The translations under genes were made by a program, and so were the position numbers. Positions 49,486-61,759 of a DNA stretch of 64,000 bases are shown piece by piece. The notes beneath the pieces were generated by a model that had not been told where the DNA came from, did not search any database, and saw only the letters and a list, made by a program, of their open reading frames with translations. Source of the stretch: Phaeosaccion multiseriatum (lineage: Eukaryota; Protista; Ochrophyta, other classes); assembly GCA_965112735.1 (NCBI GenBank), contig OZ218957.1, positions 1-64,000 on the forward strand, read 5' to 3'. Every line of letters begins with the position of its first letter. Position 1 is the stretch's first letter.

Positions 49486-51867
49486 TTATGTCGATGGCAC
49501 CATAGCTGCTTTGTCCTCCTCCCCGCACAGCGCAGAGCAAATGTGCGCGAGGCGGGAGAAGGCACAGGGGTGGTAGTGCCGCAGCAGCGCCTCTGCCCCT
49601 GCCCCTGCCCTATGCAACGTCCCTGCCCTTGACCCATGCAATGGCAGTGCCGCAGCTGCAGCCAACACTGTCTCCAGCGAGGGCGGGCTTGACAGCCGCT
49701 GCCCTGGGGGGGGTCCAGGAGCCTCCTCGGGGTACCCATCATTGGGGTGCCCATTGGGATACCCAATGAGGGCCGCTGTAGCAGCTGCAGCCCTCCCGTG
49801 GTAGGCCCGAACGAGGTGTGCACATGCCGTCCCGAAGCGATTGCGGTAGTGCACACGAGCCTCCTCCTCCTCCTCCTCCTCCTCCCAGGCCAGGCCCTGT
49901 AGCAGGCTGTCTTCCAGCCCCCACGATGGCAGCACGCCCTCCTCCACCAGAGAGAGGAGAAAGCTCCGCCCCTGTCCCCCGTGCAGGAGAAGCAAGCGAT
50001 GCAGCAAGGGAAGAGCCTGGCCCTGACCCTCCCCCCTCCCATGACCCTGACCCTGACCCTGGGTAGCAAAGGCGGCGCCCTCTCCCTCTGCGTCGGCGAA
50101 GAGGACTCCCGTCAGCACCCGGCCCAGCGCAGGGCTCGCTTGAGCGCAGCCCATCCAGACTCGACCAAAGATTGCGAGCGGCGGATCCGATCCATCCTCC
50201 TCTTCCTCCTCCCCTTCCTCCTCCTTCTCCCCCATCTCGAGATGACGCAGGAGAAAGGCCCGCGCAGAGGAGACCAGAGCCACCGTTACGGCCGTTACAC
50301 TTGACGTTTCAGGCTGTACTCTCGCATCCCTCCTCGCATCCACCCACTCGACCACCCGCTGGATGAAAACTTCGAAAACGCTTCGCTCTGTGCCCTCCTT
50401 TGGGTTAGCCGTGCCGTCTGTGCCCTCCTTTGGGTCAGCCGTGCCCCACCCCCGTGCTTTTGCTTGTGCGTGTGTGTGTGTGTGCATCTCGAGCAGGCCC
50501 GCCGCACAAATTCGCACAACTTCCTCGCGGAGAGTCAACCCAGAAGGCGAGCCCGGAAGGGAGGAGCCTGGCCGAGAGGACCCAGGCGGGGAGGAGACTG
50601 TGGTAGCTTCCGAATCATCACTCGCCGCAGCCGCAGCCGCACCCGCCCCAGGCCCAGCCCCAGCAGTTGGTGATACATCATCAGATACAGCAGGGCCTTT
50701 GTCTCGATCACCCTTAAGGCCATTCTCGGCGGTTTCCGCTCCTGCATCCCTGCCGCCACCTTCACTGCCACTCCCACGCCCAAGGGAGGAAGGGACCAAG
50801 GCAGTGCTGCTGCTGCCACTGCTGCCACCACTGCTACTGGTGCTATTGATTGACTTGGGTGACGACGACGATGACGACGACGAACATGATGCCGCCCCCG
50901 ATGAGGACGGCACATTTTGCCTACCGCTGCTGCTTTCCTTTCCTCCCAGTCCCCCACCGCCCCCACCCTGCTGCTGCTGCTGCTGCTGCCTGAGCATGTC
51001 CTTGACTTGTCTGGCCACTCTCACCTCCACCTCCTCTGACACGCACTTCATGGACAGTTCACAGGCGTGTTGGGTGGCAAGGCGCGCCGCCACAGCCTGT
51101 GGGAAGGGTTGGGGGGGAGGGAGGGAGGGAGGGTTTGTGGGTACGTCAGTGGGGGGGATAGACGTCCACAGACGCTGCTGGAGAGCTGCAACACTTCCCC
51201 TCGGCTCCCCTTCCCTCACCTTACCCCCCTTACCCTCCCCTCCCCTCCCTGCTTCCATCCCCTCCCTCGTTACCTCCCTTTGCCTCCCCTCCCCTCTCTT
51301 CACCCTCCCTCCACTGACTCACCTTGACGCTGTCTAGAAGGCGTGGAGGGGCAAGGTGGACCACCGCCGGGCCCACATGAGCGCTGCAGTGCCTTTTCAC
51401 GAGCCGCCGAGCCACCCCCTGCACCCTCCTCAGCACCTAAACGGTACCAAACACATGAGCCCGGAGGGCGGGCGGGAGGGAGGGAGGGAGGGAGGGAGGG
51501 AGGGAGGGAGGGAGGGAGGGAGGGAGGGAGGGAAGGCAAAGTCATTTGACTTGATGAGCTGCAGACCTCACTACCAAGCTACAGCTACAGCTTCCTTGCA
51601 CTGCGATCCTCCCTCCCTCCCTCCCTCCCTCTCCCCACCCCTCCCTCCCTCCCTTGCCACTCACCACGTCTCTGTCGAGCTTGCTGTCCCCAGCAGCAAG
51701 ACCAGCAGCCTCCTGTTCTGCAATGACTTGTGTGATTACTCTTCCCATGTAGCCTCCATCCCCGGCAAGTGCTCGTGCTCCTCTTCGTCCTCGCCCTTCT
51801 CCTGCTCCTCCACTACCATTTCCGCTCCCACCACCACTACCACTATCCCCACCTCCTCCTCCTTTTC

Positions 51868-51898
<31 letters not shown>

Positions 51899-52929
51899 AC
51901 CACCAACACGAGCAGCGCTTCTCTCCTTGGTATAATCCCCGTCCTCCTCGAAGGCCTCTTGGTAAGTGTTATGCACCGCCCTCTCGGCCACCATCTCAAC
52001 GATGGGGATGAGGGAGCGGTACTCGAGGAAGAAGGTGTCTCCGAGGCTGCGGCGGATGGCCTCTGGGGGCTTAGGGGGCACGCTCACGCCTGAAGGAAAA
52101 GGAGGGGGACGGGGGGGGGGAGGGCCGACGGAGGAGGAGAGAGCAGCCGCTGTCTTGGAGGAGGGCAGCCGGGAGACTGCTGTTGCTGCTGCCGCTGCTG
52201 CTGACAGCGGCGACAGTAGCGGGACTGCGCTTGTTGGCGGGTGCTGCGGGTGCGTGTGCGGGCGCGTATGTAGCGAGACCTGCGGTGTGCTACTTGTTGG
52301 CGCCGCTCCTGTATCACCAACACCCACAGGAGGAACAGGCACAGGCTGGGCAACAGGCGTCACTCGGTGCGGCTTGATCGTTCGCCGCGGCGCGTGGTTG
52401 GGGTGGTTGGGGTGGGACGACGGCAGTCTCCCACTTCCCAGTCTCCCGCTCCCTCCCTCCCTTCTGGCGACCGATGCATCACCACCAGCACCACCACCAG
52501 CTGCTGCTGCTGCTGCCCCCCACCCTCCCCCTGCTGCTGCCCCCGTCCCTATCCCTATGCCGCCCGCTCCTCCCGACGCTCCTCTCCATGCTGCTGCTGT
52601 ATCACCAACTGCTGTATCATTACCAACCAACGCCAAGGCGTTACAGAAATGGGCTCTGTCTCTCTCCAACACGACATAAATGTCCTCCAAGTAAGGACAC
52701 ACGTGCTGCACAAGGCGCCTGCTCAGCACAAGGTCCATGTCTGGCCACGAGGAGGAGCCTTCTCCTCCGGCCCCGACCCCTGCCTCCCCTCCTCCTACTG
52801 CTGCTCCTCTTGTTGCTGCTCCTCCTCCACCGCCGCCGGAGCCTTCCCCAAAGCCTGACACCCCAACCTTGTTTCCGTACCCTGACGCCCTTGACCCATG
52901 CAAGACCAAGGGAACCTCCCCCCTCCCCC

Positions 52930-52969
<40 letters not shown>

Positions 52970-55900
52970 ATCATCAGCTGCTGATGCTGACGAAACTGAC
53001 GAAACTGTCCCCTCCACCGCTGCTACAGGTAGCTCTGGCAAATCCTCCCCAGACCCGAACATATCTCCTCCTCCTCCTGTTACTGGTGGTGGTGTTGTGG
53101 ACAGTCCTTCTCCGGTGTCCCCCCCTCTCCCTGTCTCTGATCCTCCGAGCCTCCCTCCCCACCCCCCTGGGCCTCCACCCTCGGGAGACAGATGCTCGAA
53201 CAACGCGTCAAGCTCGAAGCTCACCATCAGCAGCCCCGGGGGGAGGCCCCGGGGGGGAGCGTCGGCCTCTGCGCCCAGGGGGCGGATGGAAAGCTCCTTC
53301 GCCGAGCCATCATGAGCCATCATGAGCCATCATGGTTAAGGTGTGGCGGCATCAGCGCAGGGTCAGGGTCAGGGCAGGGTCAGGGCAGGGTCAGGGCAGG
53401 GTCAGGTCAGGGTCAGGGTCAGGGCTAAGTAGCAGAAAGGGGTCACACACTCCATCCACTCACTAACTCACCCACTCATGCACTCACTCAACTCACCCGA
53501 TGCAGCAGAAACAGCAGGTGCAGCTCTCTGCGAAAAGCACCCCCTCCCCTCGACATGTGATCCCACTTCATGAGCTTCAGCAGCTCGCACACCCACGGCA
53601 CCACCGCCACCAAGCAGCCGTGACTGTAGGCGTGAAGGAGGTAAGGCACGCAGTCCAAGGGGGGGCGGGTACAGCTCTCCGCTGCCTGTGCTGCTGTTGC
53701 TCCGGTGGCGGCTGCGGCTGCGGCTGCGGCTACGGCTGCCCTTGACCCATGCAATGCTGCAGCGGCCGTGGCGGAAGAAGCAGCGGTGGGAGGCGGTGGG
53801 GGGGGGGGGGGAGTGCCCCAGTGGGGAGAGAAGAGCAGCAGTCCCAGGAACCGCCCTAGCACCTGTGGTGGATGGCAGTGGATGGAGGGGTAGTGGGTAG
53901 GGGGCAGAGCGAGCGGGCGGTATTGGTATTCAAGAAACATTTCATTTTGACGCAGAGGCATACGGGAGAGGGAAGGAGGGAGGGAGGGAGGGAGGGAGGG
54001 AGGGAGAGGGATGGAGGAGGGAGAGAGGGAGAGAGGGAGAGAGGGAGAGAGGGAGAGAGGGAGAGAGAGAGAGAGAGGGAGGGAGGGAGGGAGGGAGGGA
54101 GGGAGGGAGAGTATAGGTATGTGGGACACACAGGGAGGAAGAGAAGAGGCATAATGGGAGACAAAGAATGAGAGAGAACGTCGAGGCGTGTAGAAGAGAG
54201 AGAGAGGAGAGGCATATGAAGAGGCGTATAGAAGAGAGAGAGAGGAGAGGCATATGAAGAGAGAGAGAGGAGAGGCATATGGACGAGAGAAAGTAGAGGC
54301 GTATGGGCCTAACCTTCAGCTTGACGAGTCTGGGCAGCGTCTCCGTGCCTACCCCGCCCGCGGCAAAGTCCACATAGAGCCTCTGCACCTCCCTGCTCAG
54401 AGCGGCCAACAAGTGCACGTTGAGGCGGTGATCATTCACGTCCACCACAAGCAAGTAGAAAAGCTCCAAGTTACCCGGGAAGAGCTCGAGAGCAGCCACT
54501 TCAGCGGCCTGAACCGGCGAGGGGGAGGAGGGGGAGGAGGAGGAGGAGGAGGAGGGGGCCGGGGGGTGCCTTTGCTGCTGCTGGGGCTGCTGCTGCTGCT
54601 GCTTGGAAGGGCCTCCCCCTCCCCCTCCCCCCCGCCTCCTGCGTGGGCTAAGGCCTTGGCCTTTCCCCCCCTGAACCTGTCCTTGTCCCTGTTGCTGCTG
54701 TCGTTGACTCCCGGTGCCGCTGCTCCCTGCTCTTCCACCTGGCTGGGGCTGCAGTCGCTGGCTGCTCTTGCGCAAATTCCCTTTTATCAAGAGGCGTACG
54801 GGGGGTGGGGTTAGCAGCTCAGTTAGCAGCTCAGCAAAGAGTGTGGCCTACTGGCAGTCCTGCGCGACTAGAAAAGGCCTCTCCTGCTCTGAGTCTCTTG
54901 CCATCCATTGCCATCCATCATCCATCCCTCCCTTTATTCGTCCATCCATCCGTCCATCCATCCATGCCTCCCTCCCTCCATCCATCGATTCAAAGCAGCA
55001 GCAATGACTCTGTCCCATTCCTCTTCTCACCGCCGTCGGACTTGTTGTCCATCCGCCTCGTCAGCATGCTCAGCCGCTCCGCATCCACGATAGAAGTAAC
55101 CTGCACGCAAATATAAATATAGATCCACATACCCACGCCCGCACACACACACACAAATACATGTATGTGTATATACGTACCTCACGCGGTCAGAGTCAGA
55201 GGACAGGGCATGAGTGGGTGGCTGGGTGTGCCAGTACAGTACCCCGAGACGGGGGGACAGAACAAAGACAACCCCCCCCCCCCCCCCTATACCCTCCATC
55301 CACTGCCATCCTCTCTCCGCACCTGCGAGTCCGTTTCCCGGGGGGGAGCGATGCCAAAGCCCAGCAACTGCTCTCTCAGCAGCTCCGCGAACCATCTCAG
55401 GTTGGCGACGTCTAGGCAAGCAAGGAGGTCCAACACGCCCACCTTGAGCGACGAGCGCAGCCTGTCGGGGCGGACGAAGCGCCTCTTGTCCTTTTCAAAC
55501 GTGTCTATGACCTTGTGGAAGCTGTCCAGGGCTTTCTGTGGGGTTGTGCGTGGGCGGATGGGTGGGTGGGTGAGTGGGTGTGGGTGGGTGGGTGGGTGGG
55601 TGTGGGTGGGTGGGTGGGTGGGTGAGTGGGTGCGTTGGTGAGGGTGGAGGCGTTACCTTGTTTGATGTGGGCCTACAATGCTCTGATTGGACAGTATTAC
55701 TCGGGCGACTCACTGACTTACTGACCTCTCTGTTCCTGCGCAGCTCGTCTCTCTCTCGTAAGCTTCTGAAAGAGGTCTGGAAGGGGTGTTGCTCACGGAA
55801 CGCGCGGTCAGGAGCCCCCACCCCCTGGGGCCAGGACATGGTGGGTGGAGGCGTATGGAACGATAAAGAGAATCAGAGAGAGAGTGCGTGTGTGAGAGAG

Positions 55901-56511
55901 AGTCTGTAGAGTGTGCGAGAGAGGGAGTATGTGTGTGTCTGAGGGAGAGAGTCTATAGTGTGAAAGAGAGACGCAGACAGACAAACACACAGAGAGAGAG
56001 GGAGAGGGGGAGAGACACACACGCAAACACACGCGCACATACACACACGTGCGCACACACACACACACACACGCACACGCACACGCACACGCACACACAC
56101 ACGCACGCACCTGCACAATGGAGAGGTCGTCCCTTCTGAGATGCGCCTCTTGAGGAGAGGGGAGGGAGATGCGCAGGGCCGCTCGAAGCAGACGCTGCAG
56201 ATGCGGAGACTGCGCAGGACAAAGGCATTGACAGGAAGGGTGACATGTTTTTGACTTGCCGGGGTAAGAAATTGCAATTCGAAATTCACTCCCCAAATAT
56301 GATGCTGTCTAGTGCGGGATGAGAGGGAGGGTTATGGGCGAGACAAGGGTTGGGGCCAGGTGTTAGAACTCAAACCTTACATAACCTTATATAGCCTTAC
56401 AGAGTGTGTAGCGTAGCTTCGCCAATACTTTGAGCGGGCTCTTGAGCTCTCTCTCAGAGCTTCATGAGAGACGCAGTACACACACACACACACACGCACA
56501 AACCACACACA

Positions 56512-56566
<55 letters not shown>

Positions 56567-59500
56567 CATCAGTGAGCGCCTCTGCGGTGTGGAGGACGAG
56601 GGTGAGGAGCTCCGGGCCGGCATGGGGCAGCAGCCCGCCAGAGAGTAAACAGCACAGAGCGTCTGCGGCGAAGAGGCGACAGTCCAGGGGGGACTCGAAG
56701 AGGACCGCAGCGCCTGAGGCGGCTGCTGAGGCGGCTGAGTCGGCTGGAAGGGGGGTGCGTGGGGGGTGGGGTGGAGGAAAGGAAAGAGGGGAAGGAAGAG
56801 AGGAGAAGAGAGAGAGGGGGAGAGAGAGAGGGGGAGAGAGAGAGGGAGAGAGAGGGAGAGAGAGGGAGAGAGAATGAGAAGGTTGCCGCCGTATCACCAA
56901 CTGCTGCTGCATCACCAGCTGCTGCCGTCACCTCTCGGCCCCTCTTCGCCCCTCGCTCACCTGACGAAGCTTTCTCCCCCGCCAACGACGTATCACCAAC
57001 CGCCCCCCCTTGTCCTGACACCCCTCCCCCGAGGAGGAGGAGTCCATCCTGACCAGTGCAAGTGGGCGGTGCGTGGAGCAGCCTCAGCAAGAGGTGCAGC
57101 TCCGTAGCTCCGTTGGGCACCGCCCTGGCCAGGATGAGGCGAGCGTGGAGGAACGCGAAGGGCTGAAGCTTCTCGCGCCTCTCCCGGGGGTCTTGAGCCT
57201 GAGCATGACCCTGAACCTGACCCTGACCCTGACCCTGACCCTGACCCTGACCCTGACCATGGCCCTGACCCTGACCCTGACCCTGACCATGGCCCTGACT
57301 CTCACTCCGACCCTGGCTCCGGCCCTGTGGGGTAATAAACGATGCTGATTGGTGGTTTCCACTTCCTGATAGGCTTCCACTTCCGTGCCGTATTTCTGTG
57401 GTTGTGCGAAGGTGGTCCGTGGAAGAGGCCAACACTGGGCCTGAGAAGGACAAATCTCGTCCCTCTGCAGGCGGTGGCTCTCCTTCTCTTTGTCCGTTGA
57501 AGGCCCCTCCTCCTCTTTGTCCGTTGAAGGCCCCTCCTCCTCCGGCCCGTGCCTCGGAGAAGAAGAGGGATTCTTCACTCTCCGCAGCAGAGTCTGCCAG
57601 CGCCCCAGTTTCTCCTCCCCCTCCCCCTCCTCCTCCTCCTCCTCCCCCTCCCCCTCCTCCTCCTCCTCCTCCTCCTCCCTCTCCTTCTCCTCCTCCTCCT
57701 CCTCCTCCCCCTTCTCCTCCTTCTCCTCCTCCTTCTCCTCCTCCTTCTCTTTCTCCTTCTCCTCCTCCTCCTCCTCCTCCTCCTTCTCCTCCTCCCTCTC
57801 CTCCTCCTCCTCCTCGTCCCCCACTTCCCCCTCCCCCCTCTCCTGTTGGAACCTTCACCACCTCCATCCCGCCGTTGCTGCCCTCTTTTTCTGGTGCCGA
57901 TCTCTTTTTACTTACCATCCTGAATGACGTGCTGCTGCTGCTACCACTACTTCTGCCTGCCCCGCTGCCCGATCTGCCGCCACTGAAGGCTTCAGAACCC
58001 CTCAGCCAGGGGTCCTTCTCCTTCTCCACCTTGTCCTCCTTCGCGCTGAGACTGACGCCGAAGCCGATGGTTGTTATCCCTCCTGCCCCTGCCCCACGCG
58101 AAAATGCTGCTTGATCCGAAGGCGGTGGTTGCAGAAGCAGCGGCGGCGCCATCGCTCTGTCCATACGTTCTTCCTTGGCTGATGCTGCCCGTGAGCTTGT
58201 GACGGTTGTGACGGTGTTGTGCGGAAGCGCCCCCCCTCCCCCTCTTTCGCCCCCTGCTTGTACTCCTTGTACTGCTTCTGCTGCTGGTGCTGCTTCTTCT
58301 GCTGCTGGTAGAGGTGAAGTACGGTTCCGAATGCCATTGCCGTTGCTACTATTGCTCCTACTAATAAAGCTATTACTACTACTGCTACTACTACTACTGC
58401 TGCTGCTACCACCACCACCGCTACTGCTGCTGCCTACTTTGGTAATGTCACCATCTGATGGGCGCTCGCCTGGCTGCAGCTGGGTAGGCCGTATCCTCTT
58501 CCTGACCTTTCGCTGGAGGAGGACAAATCGACATGGACATGCAGGACGAGTTTCCCGGGGAGGGGGAGACGGGAGCGCGTTTGGGAGAGAGTGAGAGAGT
58601 ACCAAGCGAGAGAGCTGTGTGGAGGGAGCTTCCTTCCTTCCTTCCTTCCTTCCTTCCTTCCTTCCCACCGCTTGTGCTCACCGTGTTGGGCGCCGGCACC
58701 GGTCCGCGTTTACTGTAATCGGACAGATCCAAGACTGTAGAGCGTTTTTTCGTCGCTGCTGCTGCTCCTCCTCCCCCCCCTCCTGCTGCTGTATCACACA
58801 CTGCTGCGGAAGGGCCGACGTTCGGGGCGTCTGCCGTGGGAGTCAGCGATGGCGATGGTGGTCGTGGCGGAGCGAGCCACCGCTTTGAGGCCGTCTCGGA
58901 TACCTCTCCAGGCGGAGAAGAAGACAAGGAGGGAAAGTCGGAAGTGGACGAGATGTCCAGCGCAAACGCAGATTTCCTCTCTCCATTCTTGTTTTCTTCT
59001 TCTTCTTCTTCTTGGACGCTCATGTCTGCTGCCGCTCTTCCTGAGGCTGCTCTAGACCCCTGTCCTGTACCGACTGAGGTGCCTGCACTGCTGTCATTGC
59101 CATGGCCCTTGTCAAGGATGGCAGCACCGCTCTCTCGAATGAAGTTGAGAAAGGCGATGATGAAGGACTCTGGCGGGACCCCTCTCTAGCGAATGAATGA
59201 ATAGGAAAGAAGGAGGCGCAGCACATAGATGGAGTATATGGCGAGGAAGAAGGTTAGCTCGGACGAACATGAGCGGATGAGATGAGGACAAAGCCAAAAG
59301 GGCGAGGGCAGGCTCAGGAGGGCCATTATCGTGTGGGGGACTCTGACAAAATGTGGCAACAAGGGCGTGGCGACTCACGAAAGTATAGAGAGAGGAGATT
59401 CCAGTGTTGCAGGACAAAGAAGGGGAAGAAGCCTTGTGGAGATTTAAATTGGTTGTCGTCATCCCATCCTTTCCCGCCCTCACCCCTTTCCCAACACTCC

Positions 59501-59700
59501 CTTCATGCCCTGCTTACCCATTTTCCAAGCTGACCATTGCCCGGAGCTCTCTCTTCTTTGTTCCCGGCTGCGACGACTCTCCTCCTCCTCCTCCCCCCAG
59601 TCCCTTCTCCTCTCTCGGAGCGGGAGAGCACCCACTGCTCTACCTCCGCCACGGGTACTTCTCCTGCGGTGACTCGCCGCAGCAGCGACTTCCCGTCCAT
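49486..59700 (-). CDS. CDAN1: Codanin-1 homolog with large low-complexity insertions, multi-exon
   Basis: N-terminus MDGKSLLRRVTAGEVPVAEVEQWV...PESFIIAFLNFIRE parallels codanin EEVSVAAVVRW...FVPFLLNFLRE. Also LFESPLDCRLFAA; FPGNLELFYLLVVDVNDHRLNVHL; VLGRFLGLLLFSP; YSHGCLVAVVPWVCELL; LVQHVCPYLED; IKPHRVTPV. Confidence 0.85.
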
Positions 59701-59934
59701 TCGCTCCCCGCTGTCCAAAATCAGTCCCTCGAATGGCTCTGCGTCCCCCTCCGCGTCCCCCCCTGCGGGGATTGCTCGGCTGATGATTCTCCTGCCTTCC
59801 CTAAAGCGTTGGTCGTATTTGAAACTCACAGTTGGGAATTTAAATTAAATCCAGTTTCAGTTTCTTCCCCGACCCCACACTTGCTCGGTCGAACTTGCAA
59901 CCTTCCAATTTCCTTTTGAGTCAATATATTACCC

Positions 59935-60010
59935 CACACCATCGCCCACATTCCCGATAGCGGATAGCGCGCCGGCGATAGCGGATAGCGGATAGTGTAT
60001 CAGGGGTTGA
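59935..60010 (-). mobile_element. Internally deleted MITE B copy, reverse orientation
   Basis: CACACCATCGCCCACATTCCCGATAGCGGATAGC...GATAGTGTATCAGGGGTTGA matches the reverse complement of 12385-12543. One end is degenerate and there is no clean TSD. Confidence 0.8.
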
Positions 60011-60045
60011 TCCTCTCCCCTAGACTAGCTCTCCCCGAACAAAAG

Positions 60046-60381
60046 TCGGCTCCCCGCAGGGCGGGCTTCTCGGGCTCCGAGCTTCTGGGCCATAGTCCAG
60101 CCAGCGCGCTATCCGACCCCCCGGGGCCCGATAGCGCGCTATCGAGAATGTGGGCGATAGTGTATCAGGGGTTGACCATAGCCCCCTCCAGGCTGCGGGC
60201 TTCTGCGCCGCAGGCCAGCGGTTTGGGCTTCAGGCTTCTCAGGGGGGCTCAGGGGGGCAGGGGGGAGAGATTTATGCAGGCTTCTGGCCCCAGGCCAGCC
60301 CCGGGCTTCTTGCTTTCGGCTTCTTGCGCCTCAGGCTTCTTCTGCTTATCGGGGCGCCAGAGAAGCCCTGCGGGGAGCCGA
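60046..60381. mobile_element. MITE C (336 bp), TIR TCGGCTCCCCGCAGGGC
   Basis: TCGGCTCCCCGCAGGGC at 60046 and GCCCTGCGGGGAGCCGA ending 60381, with ~10 internal GGCTTC(T) motifs. Flanks CAAAAG / CAAG(CAAAAG) are only an imperfect TSD. Confidence 0.75.
60096..60175 (+). mobile_element. 80-bp one-ended MITE B derivative nested in MITE C, 6-bp TSD CCATAG
   Basis: CCATAG at 60090-60095 and 60176-60181. The right half matches MITE B (CGATAGCGCGCTATCGAGAATGTGGGCGATAGTGT.TCAGGGGT.GA); the left end keeps only TC. Confidence 0.85.
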
Positions 60382-61759
60382 CAAGCAAAAGGGCGTGTAA
60401 CCGGCCTCTCGTGGGCCCCAGAGACAGAGACACAGAGACTCATACGTGCCCCCTTGGTCGAAGTTGTACTGTACATGTATTCGGTTTATCTATCCCCGAA
60501 TACAAATGATGTCACGCATTCCCTTGTCATCTTCCCTTCCCCTCGTATCTGCTTCCCTTCGGGCATGTCTTTACTCTCATCCACTGAGAACAGTCCGACA
60601 TTCCCCCGTCTCTTTCCCTCCTTTAACACTAAGGCTTTCTCCGCCTACTGAGTGCTCGCCCCAACGACTGCCACAGCCAGACGGCCACCGACCGCAGCCA
60701 AGACCACAGCCAACTCAGCCCACCTTGCTCCACCGGCCTGCTTCGCATAGCTAGAATATAACCCCTTACCCTGCCCCCGCCCGCCGCACCCCCATCCCCT
60801 CTTAGTTGATTCCTATAAGTCGATATATGTCTCCCCCCCCATCCCCCTCTCGCCCCTGTTCACCCTGTTCTCCCGTCGTCGTCACTGTCAGCCCACACAC
60901 CCGCCCCGCACCCCATTCGTGGGGAGATCCCTTTGCTTGCTGCCCTCGCACGATCGCATCCTCGCCACTCCCATCATTCCCGCCACGCTCACGCTCTCAT
61001 CGGCCTCGGCCACACTCCCTCCTTCCTTCCCTCCCTCCCTCCCTCCCTCCGTCCTTCCCTCCCTCCCTCCCTCCTTCCCAGCCAGGGTCGAGGGAGAGTA
61101 GGGCGGGGCAGGCGGGGGCTGGGCTAGCTATGTTGCCACTGAATTCAGCCTTCCTTCCTTCCCATGACCATCGTGTCGTGCCATGTTCTGTCCCACCGCC
61201 TGTGCACGCCGTAACCCCGCACCCAGAAACCGCTTCCAATGACTTACTAGAGGCCGCTTCCAATGCCTTACGATGACCGACGCAATCAATCCTTGCTCCC
61301 CTTCTCTTGCTATTCCCTGCGTCTGTGCTGTGGTCCCAAGCGACTGTTGCAAGGCGAGCCAGTGACTGCCATCGCAATTTAAAGCATGGCACTCCATGGC
61401 TCGACTTACAACTTGTGGTTCCACTGTAAGTCAGGAAGCGGGCTCCGAGTCGGCGTCCAACGCTTGTCTTGGCTCCCCTCCCAACCCCCCCTGCGGACGC
61501 CGAGTGCCTCAGCTGCTCTCGCCCCCCCACCCGAGAAAACGCGTTCTTTTCTAAATAAGCGTATGTACGCAAACGCAAAAGCAAAAGCAAAAGCAGCAGT
61601 TGGGGTACGGCCCGGTCGAACGTCCTCCAGCACAGCATGGCTGCAGTCACAGAGAGATGTCGTTGCTTCGAAGGCTCAGCACGGCCCACTCAGCTCCTTC
61701 GAGACCACAGCCCCGCCCCCGCCCCGCCCTGCGTCATGAAACTCTTCGTCATTGACATA

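Noticed and set aside
59995-61739. ORFs between CDAN1 and the ankyrin gene
   Set aside because: They overlap MITEs and microsatellites and have no domains; likely intergenic or 3' UTR.
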